A stretch of 64,000 nucleotides of DNA from NCBI GenBank assembly GCA_965261395.1, contig OZ253462.1, forward strand, positions 2,080,001 to 2,144,000, read 5' to 3'. Position numbers and translations under genes: made by a program. This DNA comes from Candidatus Latescibacterota bacterium (lineage in GTDB: Bacteria > Latescibacterota > UBA2968 > UBA8231). The notes beneath the pieces are model-generated. The model saw only the letters and a list, made by a program, of their open reading frames with translations. It made no database searches and was not told the DNA's origin. Below are positions 56,998 to 64,000 of the stretch, one piece after another. Within the stretch, counting starts at the first letter, position 1; each line of letters starts with the position of its first letter.

Positions 56998-57786
56998 TTA
57001 GTCCCGTTGCAAGGCGCAAGCGCGGCTTTGGGCCAGCGCGGCCACAGGGTCGGGGAGTTGGGGGCTGAGCTCAATGCTCGCTGGGCCGGCGTACGGGCTT
57101 TGGGCGAGGGCGGCGAAAGTCGCGGCTAGCGCCTCTTCGGTCAGCACGCCCTCTAGTAGGGGCCAATGCAGGTCGGCCTCCCCGTCGTTGTCATCTAGAT
57201 GCACGTACCCGAGCCGGTCTCCGGCGGCGGCTATGACCGCGGCCGGGTCTTCCTTGGACATCTGTAGGTGGCCGGTGTCGAGGAGCAAGTAGAGGTTGGG
57301 GTGGTTTAGGCGGGACAGATATTCCAAAGTCCCGGCAGCCGTCGGCAGCGCCTTGCCGGGGAAGTGCTCAACCCCGACGCGGATCGCGCGCTCGGCCGCG
57401 CAGTCAGCCACTTGTCCCAAGGCCTCACCAAACTGTGATAGAGCGGCTGGATCAACCCCCGGGACTACATACGCGGTGTCGGCACCGAGGGCGGCGGCGT
57501 GGTCTAGGGCCTCTCGGCAGTGGTCGAGGGCGGCTTGTCGAGCGGCGGCTGTCGCGCCGTCGAGAGCCGCGCCGTCTTCCATGTTAAAACACAGCGCGAG
57601 GCAGGAGACCGACAGGCCGAGGTCGTCGATGCGCGCTCGCGACGCTGGGCCGACAAAAGTCTTCGCCTGCACGTCAATGGAGCAAAAACCGATAGCGGCC
57701 AGCGCGGTGAGGGCGTCTTCTTCCGAGCCGGTCAAGGCCCAGGCGCAGCAGGATAGATTCACGATTTGTTCCTTATCTTCTATCAA
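56998..57786 (-). CDS. Sugar phosphate isomerase/epimerase
   Basis: GVEHFP, LLDTGH, YVHLDDNDG, SIEL. Confidence 0.85.
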   Translation of the reverse strand: MIEDKEQIVNLSCCAWALTGSEEDALTALAAIGFCSIDVQAKTFVGPASRARIDDLGLSVSCLALCFNMEDGAALDGATAAARQAALDHCREALDHAAALGADTAYVVPGVDPAALSQFGEALGQVADCAAERAIRVGVEHFPGKALPTAAGTLEYLSRLNHPNLYLLLDTGHLQMSKEDPAAVIAAAGDRLGYVHLDDNDGEADLHWPLLEGVLTEEALAATFAALAQSPYAGPASIELSPQLPDPVAALAQSRACALQRD

Positions 57787-58607
57787 GCGGACAGCTCGCC
57801 GTAGCAGACGCGGCGGCTTGCCTCGATTTTGGCAAAACCGAGGCGGGCGAGTGAGCGGCCGGGCTGGCGATCCTTCATCACCACTCGGCGGCGGGCGACG
57901 CGGCGGGCCTCGCGCAGATCCGCGGGAGACGGACCACCCACCCAGGCCAAGCAGCGGACCAAATCTAGGCCCTGAGCGTCGGCAATAGTTTCGCTAAACA
58001 TCGGGTCGAAGTAAATGACATCCCAAGCGTTGTCAGCTTCGAGGCGCAGATAGTCGGCATAGTCGGCGTTTAGGACTTCGACGCGGCGCATGGCGGGGGC
58101 GAGATCGGGCGGGTCGTCGAGCAAATAGAAGGGCATGCCACGCTCGACCAGCAGGGCCAAGAGCGGCGAGGCTTCGAGGGTGCGGACGCGACCTGCCTCG
58201 CCGACTGTACAAGAGGCAACGATGGCGTCCGCACCCAGACCGCAGGTACAGTCGAGGACGCGGTCGCCTAATTTGAGTTGTAAGGCGTCAACCAAAATGT
58301 CGTGCTTGCCTTGTCCCAAGGCGAGTATCCGCAATTTGGCCATGTTGGGATGGTAGCGGAGGCACTGTCCGGCGACCCAGAGGGCGAGATTACCGCGCTC
58401 GACGACGATCAGGCCCGCGAGCGCCTCGGCGGCGGCAATTCCAGAGAGCGAGCGGCGGGCGCGGGGTACATAGAGGTAGCCGGTTTCGGCGGCAATGCAG
58501 TGTGCATTCGCAAGCTCCCGAGGGCCGGGGCGCGAAATGGTGGTTATGGCGAAGGCGGGTGCCTCGAGTCGCGACCGGGTGTTGGGCGCGAGCTGTGATT
58601 GTGCCAT
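57783..58607 (-). CDS. Class I SAM-dependent methyltransferase (RsmJ-like)
   Basis: VLDCTCGLGADA and DVIYFDPMF. Confidence 0.8.
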   Translation of the reverse strand: MAQSQLAPNTRSRLEAPAFAITTISRPGPRELANAHCIAAETGYLYVPRARRSLSGIAAAEALAGLIVVERGNLALWVAGQCLRYHPNMAKLRILALGQGKHDILVDALQLKLGDRVLDCTCGLGADAIVASCTVGEAGRVRTLEASPLLALLVERGMPFYLLDDPPDLAPAMRRVEVLNADYADYLRLEADNAWDVIYFDPMFSETIADAQGLDLVRCLAWVGGPSPADLREARRVARRRVVMKDRQPGRSLARLGFAKIEASRRVCYGELSA

Positions 58608-58707
58608 GGTGGCTTGGGTAGTTTATTGGGCCTAGGTGTCGGCTAATAGAATGGATTAGCAAAGTAAAAATAACTGGGTCGGTAGGGCAATCCGCCGCAT
58701 TCGACCT

Positions 58708-58860
58708 ATGGAGGAATAGGCGGCGTGGCAGCGGCATGAGATCAAAAAGGCGCAGGTGATCGCGCGCAACGAGCATATGGGGGAAGGTGCGCCTGCACTG
58801 TGGGAATTTGCGCGGGAGTTGATCGACGCAGCGGTGGCAAAGGGGATTTTGGCCGAATAG
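58708..58860 (+). pseudogene. HD-domain hydrolase C-terminal fragment
   Basis: W.RH.I...QV.ARN..M.EGAPALWEFA.ELI..AV.KG.L.E tail, preceded by an in-frame TAG. Confidence 0.5.
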
Positions 58861-58861
58861 C

Positions 58862-60160
58862 TCAGGTGGGAACGAAGCGATCTAGCCGCCAGCGCTTGGC
58901 CCAAGTCTTTTCCAAGCGCACGCACAAGCAGACGTCGTTGCCTGTGTAGGTCTCTGCGAGAATCTGGCCTTGCTGGTGTAAATGGGCCAAAAGCCGGCCT
59001 TCGGCTTGGGGAATCTGCAGCTCCAAGGTGATATCTCCAGCGACGCTGTACGCGCGGATTTTGTCGCGCAACGCGTCGAGGTTAATCGCTTGGCTGGCCG
59101 AGATGGCGATGGCGTCTTCGCGGGTCGCGTACGCGGCCACGATCCGCTCTTCTTCGCCGGGGACTACTTGGTCGATTTTGTTGTACACCATCAGGGTGGG
59201 GCTGTCCGCAAGCCCGAGGCTGTGGAGGACTTGCTCGACCGTAGCAATCTGCGACTCGTAGTACGGAAAGCTCAAGTCGATCACGTGGAGCAACAAGTCG
59301 GCCTCCACGGCCTCTTCGAGCGTGGCGCGGAAAGAGGCGAATAGGTGGTGGGGCAGGCGGTTGATGAAACCGACTGTGTCGGTGAGCAGGATCTTGTGGT
59401 TGCGGTCGAGGTCAACGGCGCGGGTAGTCGAGTCCAAGGTGGCAAAGAGCTGGTCCTCGACTAGGACCTCCGCGCCGGAAAGCGCCTTCATCAGAGTGGA
59501 CTTGCCAGCGTTGGTATAACCCACGAGGGCCACCTTAAAAACATCTGAGCGATTTTTGCGATTGGTCGCCATCTGCACGCCGATCTTGTCGAGCTTGGCC
59601 TCTAGGGAGTTGATCTGACGGCGAATCAGGCGGCGGTCGATTTCCAATTGGGTTTCGCCCGGGCCGCGGACGCCGGCTGCCCCCATGCCGCGGATGGCCC
59701 CGCCGCCAGCTTGGCGCGAGAGGTGGGTCCAGTAGCGGGTCAGGCGTGGCAAGAGGTAGTTGAGCTGGGCTAGCTCGACTTGGAGTTGGGCCGTACGGGT
59801 GCGAGCGTGGCGCGCGAAGATGTCCAAGATCACGGCGCTGCGGTCGATAATGCGGCGTTTGGTAACGCGCTCCAAGTTGCGCATCTGGGCCGACGAGAGG
59901 TCGTTGTCAAAAACGATCACGTCGGCTTGGCACTCGGCCGCGAGCTGCTTGAGGGAGGCGGCCTTGCCCTTGCCGACGTAGTGGGCCGAGTCGATGCGGT
60001 CGCGCGCTTGGATCTGGCGTGCGGCTTCGACGAGGCCAGCGGTGGCGACTAAGCGGCCGAGTTCGTCGAGGGAGTGCTCGGTCTCCCAAGCAGGCATCTG
60101 GGGCAGGGCGACGCCGACGAGGATGGCGCGTTCTTGGTGCAGCGTGTGATTTGCTTCCAT
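58862..60160 (-). CDS. hflX: Ribosome-splitting GTPase HflX
   Basis: GPGETQLE, VGYTNAGKST, LFATLD, DTVGFI, NKID. Confidence 0.95.
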   Translation of the reverse strand: MEANHTLHQERAILVGVALPQMPAWETEHSLDELGRLVATAGLVEAARQIQARDRIDSAHYVGKGKAASLKQLAAECQADVIVFDNDLSSAQMRNLERVTKRRIIDRSAVILDIFARHARTRTAQLQVELAQLNYLLPRLTRYWTHLSRQAGGGAIRGMGAAGVRGPGETQLEIDRRLIRRQINSLEAKLDKIGVQMATNRKNRSDVFKVALVGYTNAGKSTLMKALSGAEVLVEDQLFATLDSTTRAVDLDRNHKILLTDTVGFINRLPHHLFASFRATLEEAVEADLLLHVIDLSFPYYESQIATVEQVLHSLGLADSPTLMVYNKIDQVVPGEEERIVAAYATREDAIAISASQAINLDALRDKIRAYSVAGDITLELQIPQAEGRLLAHLHQQGQILAETYTGNDVCLCVRLEKTWAKRWRLDRFVPT

Positions 60161-60451
60161 TCGGCTTCTTTGGATTTGATTGTGTAGCGTATCAAACACA
60201 TATAAAACGCATCACTTTGTCAACACCGCAAAGTCGATTTTGCGCCTCCAATGCGCGGGCGAGCTGCGACTTTTTGAAAAATTAAACCTGTGGCATTAGC
60301 TTTGCTTTACAAACGTTTGCTTATTACCGGGATACGAGCCGTCTCTTAGGGCCTACTCTGCTAGACAAAAATAGGTCGGATGTGTACGCAGAGATCCAAA
60401 GTGAGAATTGGCCGCGCAGCGCTATCTGACAGAGGAGAAAAGGGACTGACC

Positions 60452-61675
60452 ATGGGCAAACACAGCGGCGACAATACTAACGAGGACCTGCTGCGAGACT
60501 TGCGGCTCGCGGTTTGGCGGCACAAGGAACCGGAGGGCGAATTCATGGTCCTATCGCAGATCCGCCAGACCTTGGATCGCGCCGGGATCGCTCACGACGG
60601 CTGCCGGTTGTACCGGGTGCAAGCCGGCAACGGCGAGTGCAAGATACGCGTCCATCGCTTGACAGCCGACGGGCATTGGTCTCCGCTGACGGAAGGGCAG
60701 CAGTGGGTGCTGGCGTCGTGGAAATCAGCCACAACCTGCTATCGAGCACCGAACCGCCACGGGGAATGTGCCTGGCTGGCCCGGCAGATGCGTTGCAATG
60801 TCAAAGCCATACTCGAAACGACCTTTGATCAAGGCGTCTTAGCCCTTTATCGCAAAGAGGCCATCGCCTGTAGCGACGCGGACGTCGGCTTGTTCAAGGG
60901 CTTGGGTGAGGTCCTCAGCGGGCTGTACTACCGGCAAGAAGACCTGTCGCAATTGCAGGCCAAAGAAGCGCAGCTACGCGAAGCGCAGAAATTGCGGGTG
61001 ATGGGGCAATTGACGACCGAGTTCGCGGGCGAGATCAACAAACACTTAGAGGTGATCATCGGCGAGGCCAGCCTGCTACGCGAAGGCGACTTAGCGCCCG
61101 CCGTCGGCGACGGCGTACAAGCCGTGTACGAGGCCGGCCTCTAGGCGCGCAGCACCAGCGAGCGGTTGTTGGCGTGTGCGCGCCAGCAGAAGACGCGGAA
61201 GGAATGGGTCAACCTCAGCCACATCGTGCAGGAGACTGCCCTGCTGATGCGCCGGACGCTCCTGAAAGACCAGATCGAAATCGCCGAGGACCTAGCCCCG
61301 AATCTGCCCTATATCAAGGCTCATGCCGGCCAGCTCCAACAGGTCGTCCTCAACCTCATCCAAAATAGCCGCGACGCCATAAAGCAGGCGCGAGGGGCGG
61401 GGCGGATCGTGCTGCGGGTATCGATCCGCCAAGGCTGGATTGTGCTGGAGATCGAGGACAATGGGCCAGGCATTCCAGCGGAAATCCGGGACGATATTTT
61501 TGCGCCGTTCTTCACGACCAAGGGGTCGAGTCAAAACAGCGGATTGGGGTTGAGCGTATGTGCTGGCATTGCCCGCGACCATCACGGCCACTTACTCGTC
61601 GAAGACTGTGCCCAAGGGGCCTGTGTGGTCTTGGAACTGCCCATCAATCCGCACGCCGCGTTAGCGAACAACTGA
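60452..61675 (+). pseudogene. Sensor histidine kinase split by an in-frame TAG (61142-61144), with a degenerate H-box
   Basis: Both track ORFs share a frame (GL*ARSTSERLL). HATPase boxes QQVVLNLIQNS, EDNGPGI, PFFTTK, GLGL are intact; the H-box reads AGEINKH. Confidence 0.8.
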
Positions 61676-61742
61676 ACCTTGTTGCAACATACGCGCTCCT
61701 ATATGTTCAGACCCGCAGCGCACAACGCGGGAGATAAAGCGC

Positions 61743-62228
61743 ATGGTCATCGTATTAATGGGCGTAACGGGCAGCGGTAAGACGACGGTGGGCGAACAGC
61801 TCGCCCAACAGCTCGGATGGGCTTATTACGACGCGGACGATTTCCACCCGGAAGCCAACGTGCACAAAATGGCCAGCGGCACGCCGCTTACCGACGAGGA
61901 CCGCTGGCCCTGGCTGGAGATCCTCTCTGCGGCCATCGACCAGTGGCTTTGTGCCGAGCAGGGGGCGATACTCGGCTGCTCCGCGCTCAAACAGAGCTAC
62001 CGCGACATCTTGGTCAGCGGGCGGCCCGGCGTGCAGATCGTCCATCTCAAAGGCCCGAAGGCACTCATCGCCCAGCGGCTCAAAGAGCGGCAGCACCGCT
62101 ACATGCCAGCCAGCCTACTCGACAGCCAGTTTGCGACCCTCGAAGAACCGCGCGGCGCACTGAGCGTGGACATCGGCCCCCCGCCCGCAGCCATTGCCAC
62201 GGCCATCCGCACGGCCTTGAAGCTCTGA
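61743..62228 (+). CDS. gntK: Gluconokinase (GntK/IdnK type)
   Basis: GVTGSGKTT, DADDFHP, PLTDEDRWPWL, CSALK, SQFATLE. Confidence 0.9.
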   Translation: MVIVLMGVTGSGKTTVGEQLAQQLGWAYYDADDFHPEANVHKMASGTPLTDEDRWPWLEILSAAIDQWLCAEQGAILGCSALKQSYRDILVSGRPGVQIVHLKGPKALIAQRLKERQHRYMPASLLDSQFATLEEPRGALSVDIGPPPAAIATAIRTALKL

Positions 62229-62270
62229 TTACGATAGCTCCCCAAAGAAGGGTAGTGTATCCTCGTCTTT

Positions 62271-63305
62271 TTACTTCGGTCTATTCGCCCCGCAGGATTC
62301 CCGCACGATCAGAGGCGTTTCCAAGGTTATTTGCCGAGGCGTCTCCTGCCCCTCAAGCTGTTCCAGCATCAGCTCCATCGCCGCTTGGGCAATCGCCTCG
62401 TAGGGAGTTGCCAAAGTCGTCAGTGCCGGCGTCATATAAGCCCCCACTTCGATATTGCCGTACCCCACCACGGCCACATCCTCGGGAACGCGCAGCCCTG
62501 ACTCCCGCAGCCCGTGACAAACGCCTATCGCCGCATAATCATTCCGGCACACAAGGGCCGTAAAAAGCCCGCTGTCGAGCCTTTTGCCCAGTTGATATGC
62601 CGGTTCTAAAAAAGCGGTTTCACCAGATACGCGTTGGGGAGTCAAGCCGTGCTTTTGCATCGCCATCAAATACCCCTTGCCCTTGTCTGAACCCAAGTTG
62701 TTCGTATTCCAGTTCGTTCCGATAAATCCGATCCGCTCATGCCCCAACCGGATTAAGTGCTCTGTAGCCTCGCAAAAACTCATTATATTGTTCAGCACGA
62801 TCCCACTCAGAGTTGGAATCGGGTAGTGAAAAGTTACCACCGGCACTAGTTCCCCCACATCATGCAAGATCTTGATCTCTGACTCTCCTACGACGCCTCG
62901 CGTATCAATCAAGAGTCCGTCTACGCCCCGGGAAAGTAACTTCTTGATATCCTTTATCTGGGCGTCCTCTGCCCGAGGAAACTCTTCGGTGGGCATGCCC
63001 ACCACAATCTCATAATCATGCCGTTTAGCCGCCCTCAGAATATGAAGGGTCTGATTTCCGAACGTCTCCTGAGAAATATGGAAGGTTAGCAGACCTAGGG
63101 TATCTGTCTTCCCCGTCACAAACCCCAGTGCCAGCAAATTGGGAGTGTAGTCCAACTCGGCGGCTTTTTGCAGCACCCGTTTTCGGGTCTCCTCCGTCAC
63201 CAAGGCCGACACCTTCTGATCCTTGGATAGGGCCCGAGAGATGGTTGCAACCGAAAGCCCCAATTCCCGCGCAACATCTTTGATGGTAGTTCGCTTTTTT
63301 TTCAT
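62271..63305 (-). CDS. LacI-family transcriptional regulator
   Basis: TIKDVARELGLSVATISRAL, VPEDVAVVGY, PALTT. Confidence 0.93.
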   Translation of the reverse strand: MKKKRTTIKDVARELGLSVATISRALSKDQKVSALVTEETRKRVLQKAAELDYTPNLLALGFVTGKTDTLGLLTFHISQETFGNQTLHILRAAKRHDYEIVVGMPTEEFPRAEDAQIKDIKKLLSRGVDGLLIDTRGVVGESEIKILHDVGELVPVVTFHYPIPTLSGIVLNNIMSFCEATEHLIRLGHERIGFIGTNWNTNNLGSDKGKGYLMAMQKHGLTPQRVSGETAFLEPAYQLGKRLDSGLFTALVCRNDYAAIGVCHGLRESGLRVPEDVAVVGYGNIEVGAYMTPALTTLATPYEAIAQAAMELMLEQLEGQETPRQITLETPLIVRESCGANRPK

Positions 63306-63486
63306 TAACGTACGTTCGGGTTAAGGGATCTCTAATCGGCGTGGAGTATCCGTTTTTGGGGGTACATACGGCCAACAGCGTTGAGTCGATAAAAAAGTTC
63401 AGTACAAGAGCTTTGGCAATACCGTAGACAGAATTTTAATCGGCAATTGACGCGGGGCTAATGAGGAAATCCAATGGGGGAGCAAA

Positions 63487-63517
63487 GGCCGGGTCGGGGA
63501 TCATCCCCGACCCGGCC
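63487..63517. repeat. Perfect 15-bp-arm inverted repeat (REP-like/terminator)
   Basis: GGCCGGGTCGGGGAT-C-ATCCCCGACCCGGCC downstream of the LRR gene. Confidence 0.65.
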
Positions 63518-63546
63518 AATGGCTTGGTGTGCGGCAACAATCGCAC

Positions 63547-64000
63547 CTATTCGCAGAAAGACAATCCCAGATTGTCTAGGTCACTTGTCTTTATCGCTCG
63601 CAGACTGGCGGGGATGCATCCACTTAAGTTGTTGCCGTTCAGATACAGCGTTGCTAGGTTGGCCAGTTGACCTAACTCAGCAGGAATCGAACCACTTAAC
63701 GCGTTGCTGGACAGATACAGCAAGGTCAGGTTGGTCAGTTGGCCTAACTCAGCAGGAATCGAGCCGCTTAAGTCGTTGAAGGATAGATACAGCATTTTCA
63801 GGTTGGTCAGTTGGCCTAACTCAGCAGGAATCGAACCACTTAAATCGTTGCTGGACAGACTCAGCAAGGTCAGGTTGGTCAGTTGGCCTAACTCAGCAGG
63901 AATCGAGCCGCTTAACGCGTTGCTGGACAGAATCAGCGCTTGCAGGTTGGCCAGTTGACCTAACGCGGAAGGGATCGAACCACTTAAATCATTGCTAGAC
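63547..64000 (-). CDS. Plant-type leucine-rich-repeat protein, 3' end (5' part outside window)
   Basis: 72-bp/24-aa tandem repeats LxxLxLSxNxLSGSIPAELGQLTN, ending LSGCIPASL...LGLSFCE. Confidence 0.9.
   Translation of the reverse strand, partial: SSNDLSGSIPSALGQLANLQALILSSNALSGSIPAELGQLTNLTLLSLSSNDLSGSIPAELGQLTNLKMLYLSFNDLSGSIPAELGQLTNLTLLYLSSNALSGSIPAELGQLANLATLYLNGNNLSGCIPASLRAIKTSDLDNLGLSFCE

Noticed and set aside
61142-61144. Amber recoding (pyrrolysine or stop reassignment), given in-frame TAGs here and at about 40052, 54631 and 58717
   Set aside because: TAG terminates ordinary genes in this window (e.g. 25087, 35981). The other cases lie in decayed fragments, and no pyl genes are seen.
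63547-64000. CRISPR-like periodic repeats
   Set aside because: The 72-bp period is in-frame LRR coding sequence with no unique spacers and no cas genes.

Overview
This is a bacterial chromosomal window with a GC-rich backbone and an AT-richer, rearranged accessory island from about 37.6 to 54.6 kb. The backbone carries anmK, an M16 peptidase, a sulfatase, tRNA-Phe, murA, a PhyH/HEAT-UxaA catabolic operon, hflX, a gluconokinase and a LacI regulator. A C-terminal 'SWGQIK' sorting-type motif, several PhyH genes and TPR/ankyrin/LRR proteins suggest a sponge-symbiont-type Latescibacterota/Poribacteria-like host (inference only). The left end holds a eukaryote-like GT-C glycosylation cluster: two TMTC-like TPR proteins, a PIG-B/ALG9-like GT22 and GtrA. 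The island contains four co-oriented IS91/ISCR remnants interleaved with cargo (DUF6602, HEPN-like, ankyrin, SHOCT), a complete IS5/IS903-group element that splits a gene (9-bp TSD), and a truncated IS1595 carrying two microprotein genes. It also holds a transposase-less 2.3-kb cassette bounded by 25-bp IS1595-type inverted repeats and an 8-bp TSD. That cassette carries an uncharacterised coupled three-gene module ending in a predicted ADP-ribosyltransferase-fold toxin, the best candidate for an undescribed system. An SbcD/YhaN-like nuclease-ATPase pair follows it. Other notable items are a bacterial OSGIN-like flavoprotein, an Rpn remnant with an internal promoter/RBS/ATG, and a deleted ECF sigma/anti-sigma pair. 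All family calls come from motif recognition by eye; no searches were run.
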